A stretch of DNA of 64,000 nt from the NCBI GenBank assembly GCA_963796455.1, contig CAWCLO010000001.1:736001-800000 (forward strand). Direction: 5' to 3'. Origin of the DNA: Candidatus Sulfomarinibacteraceae bacterium. GTDB lineage: Bacteria > Acidobacteriota > Thermoanaerobaculia > Thermoanaerobaculales > Sulfomarinibacteraceae. The position numbers and the translations under genes are program-made. Below are positions 1 to 8,452 of the stretch, piece after piece. How positions within the stretch are numbered: the stretch's first letter is position 1; each line of letters opens with the position of its first letter. The notes under the pieces are model-generated. The model did not search any database. It worked only from the letters and a program-made list of their open reading frames with translations, and had not been told where the DNA came from.

Positions 1-28
1 CGCATGCCGGCGATACGAGGGGGGAACC

Positions 29-817
29 ATGACTGAAGGAACGTGGCTCGATGAAGCGAAAAAGAACTCTGGATTGCTGATTTTTCTCGGTGTCCTGACG
101 GTGATCCTGGGGGTGCTCGCCATCGGCACGCCGTTCATTGCCGGCGTCGCCGTCTCGGTCTGGGTCGGCATTCTGGTCGGGGCGGCCGGAGTGTTGCGGA
201 TCGTCCACGCCGTCAAATCCGGTCAGTGGGGCGTCGGCATCTGGGGAACCATCGTCGGTGTTTTGATGGTCTTTGCCGGAATCATCCTCTTTGCGCGCCC
301 GGCAGTCGGTGTGATGAGCCTGACGATTTTGCTCGCCATCTATCTCGTGGTCGAAGGTCTCTCGGAGATCTTTGTCGCATTCAAAATGAAGCCCGACCGC
401 GGTTGGGGCTGGATGCTCTTTGGTGGTTTCATCGCCTTCATTCTCGGCGTCATGATCTGGCGTCAATTCCCGATGTCAGGCGCATGGGCCATCGGCACGC
501 TCTTCGGCATTCACGTCATGATCACCGGGTGGGAGATGATCATCATCGGCGGTGGCGCGCGATCGATCGCTGGAACGATCGAGGACGCGGTCGAAGACAG
601 CGTCGACTATGCCGATGGAGCGGTTGACAGGGCGGGCGACATGGCGGGGGACGCCGTGGACAAGGTGAAGGACCTCGCCGATGACGCGGTTGAAGTTGCC
701 GGTGACGCGGTCGATAAGGCGAAGGACTTTGCCGGAGATGTGGTCGACAAGGCCGAGGACGTTGTCGAAGGAGCCGTCGACAAAGCCAAGGACGCATTCG
801 ACGGCGACAAGAAATAG
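29..817 (+). CDS. HdeD/DUF308-family membrane protein with acidic repetitive C-terminal tail
   Basis: Six hydrophobic segments with the HdeD-like GWGWMLFGG...WP motif; the last ~80 aa are A/D/K/V-rich repeats (AGDAVDKAKD). Confidence 0.8.
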   Translation: MTEGTWLDEAKKNSGLLIFLGVLTVILGVLAIGTPFIAGVAVSVWVGILVGAAGVLRIVHAVKSGQWGVGIWGTIVGVLMVFAGIILFARPAVGVMSLTILLAIYLVVEGLSEIFVAFKMKPDRGWGWMLFGGFIAFILGVMIWRQFPMSGAWAIGTLFGIHVMITGWEMIIIGGGARSIAGTIEDAVEDSVDYADGAVDRAGDMAGDAVDKVKDLADDAVEVAGDAVDKAKDFAGDVVDKAEDVVEGAVDKAKDAFDGDKK

Positions 818-830
818 CCGAGACCGCGCT

Positions 831-902
831 GTGCTGCGGGCGTCCCGCCCGCGCACCTGATCCGCCTTGTGGTGCGGCCGAGACGGCCGCGCCACAAAGG
901 CG
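831..902. repeat. REP-like palindrome pair (GTGGTGCGGCCGAGACGGCCGC family)
   Basis: Two hairpins just after a stop codon; the same core occurs at 18841 and ~25897. Confidence 0.75.
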
Positions 903-1037
903 CACAGAGATGTAACAGCGACAATTGAACCCGTCGATGGCGTGTGGAAGATCTCCTCTCTCGAGCTGATCGAGGAGCAGAGGCTCTCAGCACTTCAACG
1001 ATTTAACCCGAATCTCAATCGAGTACAATGCAGAAAC

Positions 1038-2165
1038 GTGGCAAAGATCCTATCGATTCAGGTCACCGTGGTGATCGTATCGCTCGTCCTGGCGACCCCT
1101 GTGGCAGCGCAACAGAACGCTCTTTTCGAGGACGAGGTGGAGCTTCTCGAGGAGCTGGACGACGAGAATAAGAACGAGTTGGTTGTCGCACCGATTCCGG
1201 TCATCAACCCCACCATTGGAGCTGGACTGGCGGTGGCGGCCATCTACTTCTACCAGCTCGACGAAGGCTCACAACCCTCCTTCACCGCTGTCGGCGGCGT
1301 CTTCACCGATTCGAAAAGCTGGGGATACGGTGTTGTGCAGACGGCCTATTTCAAAGACGACGCCTGGAAGCTCACAGCCGGCGCCGGCACCTTCGATCTC
1401 AACCTGCGTTTCTACGGTGTCGGCAGGCTCGGTGGCGATCGAGGCCTCTCGATCCCGCTCAACCAGGACGGTTGGGGGGCCGGCATCCGCGGCCTGCGCC
1501 GGATCAAGGGCCACTGGTACGGTGGTCTGCAATATTACTTCGCCCGAGTGACCTCCACCTTCGACCGTTCCGGTATTGACGGTCCGATCGATTTACCGCC
1601 GTTAATCGAACTCGACAGCCAGATCGCGGGGCTCGGTCTGATGGTCGAGTACGACAGCCGCGACAACCGCTTCAACTCCACCGAGGGGTCATTGTTCGAT
1701 GTGACGTGGAGCAACTCGAACGAAAGTTTCGGCAGCGATTTCGATTTCTCCTCGACCAAGATCGAGTACAACATCTATCGCAAGATTGCAGAACAAAAGG
1801 TCATCGCCGGGCGTGCGACCACCTGTGCCACGCCCGGAGATGCCCCGTTTTACGCCCTGTGCAAATTCGGGCAGGGCGTGGATCTGCGCGGCTATGTGGG
1901 CGGTCGTTTCCGTGACGAACGCATGGCAACGGTCCAGGCCGAGTTCCGTTGGCGGTTTTACAAACGATGGGGTCTGGTGGCGTTTGCTGGGTTCGGCGAG
2001 GTGGGCGAGTCGTGGAGCGATTTCAACTTCGACGACGTCCTCCCCAGCGCCGGTGTCGGGCTGCGTTTCAAGATCTCCAAGACGACCGGCCTCAACCTCA
2101 GCGTCGACTATGCCGTCGGCAAGGACTCGGATGCCTGGTACTTTTATGTCGGGGAGTCATTCTAG
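1038..2165 (+). CDS. BamA/TamA (Omp85 surface-antigen) family outer-membrane beta-barrel
   Basis: Signal-peptide-like segment after GTG at 1038, LRGY motif, alternating beta pattern, C-terminal F (YVGESF). Confidence 0.8.
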   Translation: MAKILSIQVTVVIVSLVLATPVAAQQNALFEDEVELLEELDDENKNELVVAPIPVINPTIGAGLAVAAIYFYQLDEGSQPSFTAVGGVFTDSKSWGYGVVQTAYFKDDAWKLTAGAGTFDLNLRFYGVGRLGGDRGLSIPLNQDGWGAGIRGLRRIKGHWYGGLQYYFARVTSTFDRSGIDGPIDLPPLIELDSQIAGLGLMVEYDSRDNRFNSTEGSLFDVTWSNSNESFGSDFDFSSTKIEYNIYRKIAEQKVIAGRATTCATPGDAPFYALCKFGQGVDLRGYVGGRFRDERMATVQAEFRWRFYKRWGLVAFAGFGEVGESWSDFNFDDVLPSAGVGLRFKISKTTGLNLSVDYAVGKDSDAWYFYVGESF

Positions 2166-2241
2166 GGCTTGAGGCGTGAGGCCCGGGGCGTGAGACTATG
2201 GATTTTCGGTCTCGTCTGGCTTCCGCTAGAATCCTCCCACT

Positions 2242-3918
2242 ATGAACAACCGAATCATCTTCTGCGTTGTCGTTGTCGCTGTCATCTTCACACTCTCACC
2301 CCAGATCCTTTGGGCTCAGACCACTGATCGCGACGCCCTCCGCCAACGCGTCGAATGGCTGAAGTCAACCCCGAACGCCACCATCGACGGCGCTCCGATC
2401 GCTGCAAGATCACTGATCCCGGCGCTCTACGAACGCCGTGGGTATGAGCCCGCCTGGACCCCGGAGATGGTGAAACAGCTCTTCGAGCAGGTTCTTCGTT
2501 CGGTGGAGCACGGTCTCAACCCCGATGACTACCACGCTGCACTTCTCGGTGCGCGCCTCGATCCGGGTTCGCGCGCCAGCGACCCGATCTTTCGAGCCGA
2601 TACCGAAATCCTCTGCACCGAGGCCCTGGCCCGTCTCGCTGTCACACTCAAGTTTGGAAAACTGAACCCGGCGGACCTCGACTCGGCGTGGAATTTCAGT
2701 CGCAAAATCGAAAACAGGGACCCGGTGCAGGTCTTGAACGACGCCCTCGAGAGCGGGAATATCGCCGCGGCCCTCGACAACCAGGCCCCGGATCTCAGAG
2801 CCTACAATCTGCTTCGCAACTCTCTGATCCGATATCGCGGCATCCTGGCCCAGGGTGGTTGGCCGGCGGTTCCCGCCGGACCGGTTCTCAAACCGGAGAT
2901 GACAAGCCCCCGGGTGGCAACCCTGCGCCAACGGCTCCTGATTTCAGGTGATCTCGAGGCATCCGGATCCGGCGACCCGGCGGCCTTCACGGAGGTTTTC
3001 GACGAAAGGCTGGAAGCGGCGGTCAAACGGTTCCAGATCCGCCACGGCCTCGATGCCGACGGCAAGGTCGGCCCGCGGAGCATTGAAGAACTCAACGTCC
3101 CGGTGGAGACCCGAATCGGCCAGATCAGGGCCACTCTCGAGCGGGTACGGTGGGTCTTTCGCGACGTTCCGGAGGATTTTCTGATCGCCGACATCGCCGG
3201 TTTTGAACTCTTTCTCTATCGGCAGAAAGAGATTGTCTGGAGGACCCGTATCCAGGTCGGCAAGCCCTACCACGCGACCCCGGTGTTCAAGGACATGGTT
3301 CAGTACCTGGATTTCAACCCGACCTGGACTATTCCGCCGGGGATTCTCCGCAAGGAAACCCTTCCCGCGATTCGGCGTGACCCGAACTATCTCAGCCGTA
3401 ACAACATGAGCGTGGTCACGATGTCGGGCACGATCGTCGATCCGGCGACCATCGATTGGGCCGCCACCGCCAACAAAGGATTTCCCTACATGATCCGCCA
3501 GGAGCCGGGGCCCCACAATGCCCTCGGCCGGGTCAAGTTCATGTTCCCCAACCAGTACATGGTCTATCTCCATGACACGCCGAGCAAAGGGCTGTTCGCA
3601 CGAGCAGAGAGAGCCTTCAGCCACGGATGCATCCGGACCCAGAACCCCTTCGATCTGGCCGAACTTCTGCTCGCCGACCAGGGTTGGGATCGCGCCCGGA
3701 TCGACAAGGTGGTGGCCTCGAAAAAGAACACCAGGGTCAATCTCGAGAACCCGATACCAGTGATGCTGCTCTACTGGACCGCTCAGGCCGACGCCGAAGG
3801 AACCGTCTTTTTCCGCAAGGACGTCTACAACCGGGATGCCCCGATTGTCGAGGGACTCGATGAGCCTTTTCTGGTCAGCCTCCCGGCAGGGCTCGAGGAA
3901 GCGATCGAGGGGCGTTGA
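2242..3918 (+). CDS. YcbB/LdtD-type L,D-transpeptidase with peptidoglycan-binding domain
   Basis: AVKRFQxRHGLxxDGxVG PG-binding motif; catalytic YLHDTP...SHGCIR. Confidence 0.9.
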   Translation: MNNRIIFCVVVVAVIFTLSPQILWAQTTDRDALRQRVEWLKSTPNATIDGAPIAARSLIPALYERRGYEPAWTPEMVKQLFEQVLRSVEHGLNPDDYHAALLGARLDPGSRASDPIFRADTEILCTEALARLAVTLKFGKLNPADLDSAWNFSRKIENRDPVQVLNDALESGNIAAALDNQAPDLRAYNLLRNSLIRYRGILAQGGWPAVPAGPVLKPEMTSPRVATLRQRLLISGDLEASGSGDPAAFTEVFDERLEAAVKRFQIRHGLDADGKVGPRSIEELNVPVETRIGQIRATLERVRWVFRDVPEDFLIADIAGFELFLYRQKEIVWRTRIQVGKPYHATPVFKDMVQYLDFNPTWTIPPGILRKETLPAIRRDPNYLSRNNMSVVTMSGTIVDPATIDWAATANKGFPYMIRQEPGPHNALGRVKFMFPNQYMVYLHDTPSKGLFARAERAFSHGCIRTQNPFDLAELLLADQGWDRARIDKVVASKKNTRVNLENPIPVMLLYWTAQADAEGTVFFRKDVYNRDAPIVEGLDEPFLVSLPAGLEEAIEGR

Positions 3919-3919
3919 A

Positions 3920-4576
3920 TCACTCCTCGTCGAGGAACTCGGATTCCTCGAGCCACTCGTCGTGCGGATAATAGATCCACAAAACCGAACCACCCTTGAT
4001 GGCGTCGATCAGCTGTTTTGAAATCCCCGGTCGAACCGCCGGACAGCCCCAGCTACGGCCAACCAGGCGGTCGTCGGCGCGGTCGCGGGTCACGTACTCC
4101 GCTCCGTGCATCACGATCAGCCGCTCGCGGGCGTTGTCGTTGACGCCTTCTTCCAGGCCGTCAAGCTTGAGTGAGTATCCGTGGCGGCCAAAATAGGTCT
4201 CGGCGCTGATGAAGAGCCCGAGGCTCGATTTGAGCGTGCCCTGATCGTTTGAGAAGCTGAGCGCCTCCTCCATCGAACCGCCCGACCCGCGAGGCCGGCC
4301 CATACCGTGGGCCACCCACTCCTGGTAGAGCAATTGTCCGCTCTCCATATCGATCACCCACAGCCGTTGCTGAAAGGAGGACTGCTCGTAGTCGATGATC
4401 GTCAGCACCGGCCGACGCACATGCCCTTCGGCATCGGCCTGAGCATAGGCCTCGAGCGCCAGTTCCAGCACCAAGGGCCGCAGATTGATCGTCTGCTCGA
4501 GGATGGTCTCCGGCTCGACGGCGGCAGCAAAACCGCATGCAAACAGAATCATGACGATGGGAGCGACGATCTTCAC
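3920..4576 (-). CDS. Murein L,D-transpeptidase catalytic-domain (YkuD-like) protein
   Basis: VAHG, SSLG and IVMHGA...GRSWGCPA motifs; signal peptide after GTG at 4576. Confidence 0.85.
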   Translation of the reverse strand: MKIVAPIVMILFACGFAAAVEPETILEQTINLRPLVLELALEAYAQADAEGHVRRPVLTIIDYEQSSFQQRLWVIDMESGQLLYQEWVAHGMGRPRGSGGSMEEALSFSNDQGTLKSSLGLFISAETYFGRHGYSLKLDGLEEGVNDNARERLIVMHGAEYVTRDRADDRLVGRSWGCPAVRPGISKQLIDAIKGGSVLWIYYPHDEWLEESEFLDEE

Positions 4577-4585
4577 AGGAGAATT

Positions 4586-4610
4586 GTAGGCGGGCCCTTC
4601 AGGGTCCGCC
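4586..4610. repeat. REP flanking the RAYT (GTAG + imperfect palindrome)
   Basis: GTAG-GCGGGCCC-TTCA-GGGTCCGC; it contains the RAYT stop codon. Confidence 0.85.
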
Positions 4611-5123
4611 ACCGAGAAGCTCACGCCAGAGAATATCTTCCGGCGAAGCGAAGGTGAAGAAATCAGGTCCGACCTCACCGACCAGAGGTGCGCCAAGCCA
4701 CTCAAAATCCCACCAGTCCTCAACCAATCCCGCCCGGACCGGATTGAGCAGAATATATTTCAGAGTCGCGTGGAGTCCGTCCTCCTTCCGAACAATATGA
4801 TCCCAATAGCCGGAATGCCACACATCGAGGCCAGGTGTCATCAATCGAACGCGACGTGAGGTACGACCCTTGAATCTGTTCATGATCGTGCTGAGTGGGC
4901 GACCCGCGTTGCACAACAAAAGGTGGATGTGGTCCGGCATCATGCAAAATCCCAAAACCGGATGGTCGCCGTGCAGCTTCAGGATTTCGTCACGGGCGGT
5001 TTCGGCGTGCTCCCGGTTCGCCAACCACCGTCCTCGCTTCGCCGTACAAACGGTCACCGAAACGACGTGGTATTGGCCGTCGAATACTTCATCCGGCAGG
5101 TGGTGTTTCTTTCGCCGTTGCAC
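4599..5123 (-). mobile_element. REP-associated tyrosine transposase (RAYT, Y1/HUH family)
   Basis: HUH motif MPDHIH, WxxGYWDHIVR and catalytic YILLNPVRAGL; REPs on both sides. Confidence 0.92.
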
Positions 5124-5166
5124 GGGGAGATCGTACCCTCTTCGAATCCAAAGAAGCACGGATCGA

Positions 5167-5244
5167 CCCGTGGGCGGGCCCTAAAGGACCCGCTTACACA
5201 GGATTTGACGTTTGTACGCGGGTCCTTTAGGGCCCGCCCACGGG
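5167..5244. repeat. REPIN: two inverted REPs upstream of the RAYT
   Basis: GTGGGCGGGCCCTAAAGGACCCGC (from 5170) and its reverse complement (ending 5241), separated by a short spacer. Confidence 0.9.
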
Positions 5245-5302
5245 AGTTTCGCACCCCGGCGTTTTGATCGCGACACTATTTTTCAGCATCGTGCCCGGGG
5301 CA

Positions 5303-5678
5303 TCAGCCGCGACTTGTGAGAAGTCGCCATGCGGCGAGGGCCCAGCCGACAATGAGGGCGACGCCGCCGAATGGGGTGATCGCGCCGAGCCACGACGTAT
5401 CGGTGAGAACCAGAAGATAGAGGCTCCCCGAGAAGATCACGGTACCGGCAATCAAGAAAACGGCGGCCGGCGTCAACCATCGCTCGGGCCAGCGGCCGAT
5501 CGCCCACGCCAGAGCCAGCAAGCCGAGGGCGTGATACATCTGGTAACGCACCCCGGTTTCGAAAACGGCCAACCGCTCCGATACTGACGGCGGCCTTCAA
5601 GCTGTGTGCTCCAAAGGCGCCCAAAGCAACTGCCAGTGCGGCGAAAATCGACCCGACTGCAAATATCCTACGTTCCAT
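5303..5678 (-). CDS. DUF423 (YgdD/TMEM256-like) membrane protein, frameshifted near 5580
   Basis: N-half ALGAFGAH and C-half YQMYHA...FSGSLY...GAITPFGG lie in two overlapping frames. Confidence 0.85.
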
Positions 5679-5812
5679 GTGTTCTCCCAACCAGCCCGAG
5701 TCTATAATCAACCATTCTCCGACCCGGGAATTTCATCTTGTTCAAGCCGTTGTATTAAACTGAAATGCTACGAATCCCCAAACAATACAAACGTACATCT
5801 AGGAGATCCTCA

Positions 5813-7360
5813 ATGCGCATCAAAACCGTCCTGATCCTAACCTTGGCCCTGGCAGCCTCCGGCATCGCTTCGGCCCAGGACCAACCCAATATCCTGGTCG
5901 TCTGGGGTGACGACATCGGTCGTTCCAACATCAGCGCCTACACCATGGGCATGATGGGCTACGAGACCCCCAATATCGATCGGATCGCCAACGAAGGCAT
6001 GATCTTCACCGACTACTACGGCGAGCAGAGCTGCACCGCCGGACGATCGTCCTTCATCACCGGTCAAAGTGTCTTCCGCACCGGTCTTTCCAAGGTCGGT
6101 CTGCCCGGCGCCGATCTCGGTCTGCGGGTCGAGGATCCGACCATCGCGGGTCTGCTCAAAGCTCAAGGCTATGCCACCGGACAGTTCGGCAAGAACCACC
6201 TCGGCGACAAGGACGAGTTCCTGCCCACCAACCACGGTTTTGACGAGTTCCTCGGCAACCTCTACCACCTCAACGCCGAGGAGGAGCCCGAGAACGAGGA
6301 CTATCCCGGCGACATGGTGCTCGCAGACGGTTCCACCTTCCAACAGAAATTCGGTCCGCGAGGAGTGATCCACAGCTTTGCCGACGGCCGCATCGAGGAC
6401 ACCGGCCCGCTGACCAAGAAACGCATGGAGACCATCGACGACGAGACGGTGGCCGCCGCGATCGATTTCATCGAGCGTCAGAACAAGGCAGGCAAACCGT
6501 GGTTTGTCTGGTGGAGCGGCACCCGGATGCATTTCCGCACCCACGTCAAGGAAGAGCTCCGCGGCATCTCCGGTCAAGATGAGTACTCCGACGGAATGGT
6601 CGAACATGATATGCACATCGGCGAGTTCCTCAAGGCGTTGGATGAACTGGGTATCGCCGACAATACCGTCGTCTTCTATTCCACCGACAACGGCCCCCAC
6701 TACAACACCTGGCCCGATGCCGCCTCGACTCCCTTCCGTGGTGAAAAGAACACCAACTGGGAAGGTGGTTGGCGGGTACCGGCGATGATCCGTTGGCCTG
6801 GAAAGATCAAAGCCGGAAGCCATACCAACGAGATCGTCCACCACATGGATTGGCTGCCGACGTTTGTCGCAATGGCCGGTGACACCAACATCAAGGCCAA
6901 CCTCGAAAAGGGCGGGGTCCAGGCGATCGGACGCACGTACAACGTGCATCTCGACGGTTACGACATCACGCCGTTGCTGACAGGCAAGGCCGAGAAGAGC
7001 CCCCGCCACGAGATTTTCTACTTCTCCGACGACGGCGACCTGACCGCTCTGCGCTACGACGACTGGAAGCTGATCTTTATGGAGCAGAAGACCCAGGGTG
7101 GTTTCCGTGTCTGGATGGAGCCCTTCGTTCCGCTGCGGGTACCATTGATCTTCAACCTGCGCCGCGATCCCTACGAGCGCGCCGAGATCACCTCCAACAC
7201 CTACTACGATTGGCTGCTCGACCGAGCGTATCTGCTGGTACCGGCCCAGACCTATGTCGGGAACTTCCTGGCGACATTCAAAAAATTCCCGCCGCGCCAG
7301 AAGGCTGCCAGTTTCTCCCTCGACCAGGTGATGGAGAAGCTCAACCCGGCGTCTCACTGA
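5813..7360 (+). CDS. Arylsulfatase (Cys-type), secreted
   Basis: PNILVVWGDD, SCTAGR sulfatase signature, GKNHLG; RBS AGGAG before ATG at 5813. Confidence 0.93.
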   Translation: MRIKTVLILTLALAASGIASAQDQPNILVVWGDDIGRSNISAYTMGMMGYETPNIDRIANEGMIFTDYYGEQSCTAGRSSFITGQSVFRTGLSKVGLPGADLGLRVEDPTIAGLLKAQGYATGQFGKNHLGDKDEFLPTNHGFDEFLGNLYHLNAEEEPENEDYPGDMVLADGSTFQQKFGPRGVIHSFADGRIEDTGPLTKKRMETIDDETVAAAIDFIERQNKAGKPWFVWWSGTRMHFRTHVKEELRGISGQDEYSDGMVEHDMHIGEFLKALDELGIADNTVVFYSTDNGPHYNTWPDAASTPFRGEKNTNWEGGWRVPAMIRWPGKIKAGSHTNEIVHHMDWLPTFVAMAGDTNIKANLEKGGVQAIGRTYNVHLDGYDITPLLTGKAEKSPRHEIFYFSDDGDLTALRYDDWKLIFMEQKTQGGFRVWMEPFVPLRVPLIFNLRRDPYERAEITSNTYYDWLLDRAYLLVPAQTYVGNFLATFKKFPPRQKAASFSLDQVMEKLNPASH

Positions 7361-7380
7361 CCCGACAACCGATCTCTAAC

Positions 7381-7406
7381 GGCGGGCCTGCGGGCCCGCC
7401 TTTTTT
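7381..7406 (+). terminator. Intrinsic terminator
   Basis: GGCGGGCC-TGCG-GGCCCGCC followed by TTTTTT. Confidence 0.75.
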
Positions 7407-7420
7407 CAAAAGGAACTGAC

Positions 7421-8425
7421 ATGAAGATCACGCGCACGATCCTCGCCGTTCTCACGCTGTCCATTCTTGCGTCCTGCAGCCAACCCACCGAACACGCTCA
7501 GACAACCGCGGCGGTCGATCCTCTGCCCTCCTGGAACGAGGGAGAATCCAAGCAATCGATCCTCGATTTCGTCGACCGGGTCACCGATCCGGCAAGCCCC
7601 GATTTCGTGCCCAGAGCTGAACGCATCGCCACCTTCGATAACGACGGCAATCTGTGGGCCGAAAAACCACTCTATTTCCAGCTCATCTTTGCAATGGATC
7701 GGGTCAAGGCCATGGCGCCGGAACATCCCGAGTGGGCGAGAACACAGCCGTTCCAGGCGGTGCTCGAGGACGACCACGAGGCACTCGTCGCGAGCGGTGA
7801 GCACGGACTCATCGAACTGGTCATGGCGACCCATACCGGGATGACCACCGACGAGTTCGAGACCGTCGTCACGGACTGGCTCGCCACCGCCCGTCACCCG
7901 AGCACCGGCCGGCCCTACACCGAGATGGTCTATCAGCCGATGCTCGAGGTTCTCGAGTTCTTCCGAGCCAACGGTTTCAAGACCTTTATCGTCTCCGGCG
8001 GCGGGATCGAGTTCATGCGGCCGTGGACCGAAAAGGTCTACGGCATCCCGCCTGAGCAGGTGGTGGGCTCGAGCATCAAAACGGTTTACGAGGTCCGCGA
8101 CGGCGAACCGGCCCTGGTGCGTCTCCCCGAGATGAACTTCATCGACGACAAAGCCGGCAAACCGATCGGCATCAACTCACATATCGGCCGCCGGCCCATC
8201 GCCGCCTTCGGCAACTCCGATGGCGATTTCCAGATGCTCGACTGGACAACCTCGGGTGACGGTGCCCGGCTCGGCGTTCTCATTCACCATACCGACGCCG
8301 AGCGCGAGTGGGCCTACGATCGCGAGTCTCATATCGGACGCCTGGACAGGGGTTTGGACGAAGCCGAATCCCGCGGTTGGACCGTGGTCAATATGCGGGA
8401 TGACTGGCTGACGATTTTCCCGTAG
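7421..8425 (+). CDS. HAD-superfamily hydrolase / nonspecific acid phosphatase, lipoprotein
   Basis: FDNDGNLW, VSGG, K and GNSDGD motifs; lipobox LASC. Confidence 0.88.
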   Translation: MKITRTILAVLTLSILASCSQPTEHAQTTAAVDPLPSWNEGESKQSILDFVDRVTDPASPDFVPRAERIATFDNDGNLWAEKPLYFQLIFAMDRVKAMAPEHPEWARTQPFQAVLEDDHEALVASGEHGLIELVMATHTGMTTDEFETVVTDWLATARHPSTGRPYTEMVYQPMLEVLEFFRANGFKTFIVSGGGIEFMRPWTEKVYGIPPEQVVGSSIKTVYEVRDGEPALVRLPEMNFIDDKAGKPIGINSHIGRRPIAAFGNSDGDFQMLDWTTSGDGARLGVLIHHTDAEREWAYDRESHIGRLDRGLDEAESRGWTVVNMRDDWLTIFP

Positions 8426-8452
8426 GGTGACCGTCACTCGACAGGGTGGCGC

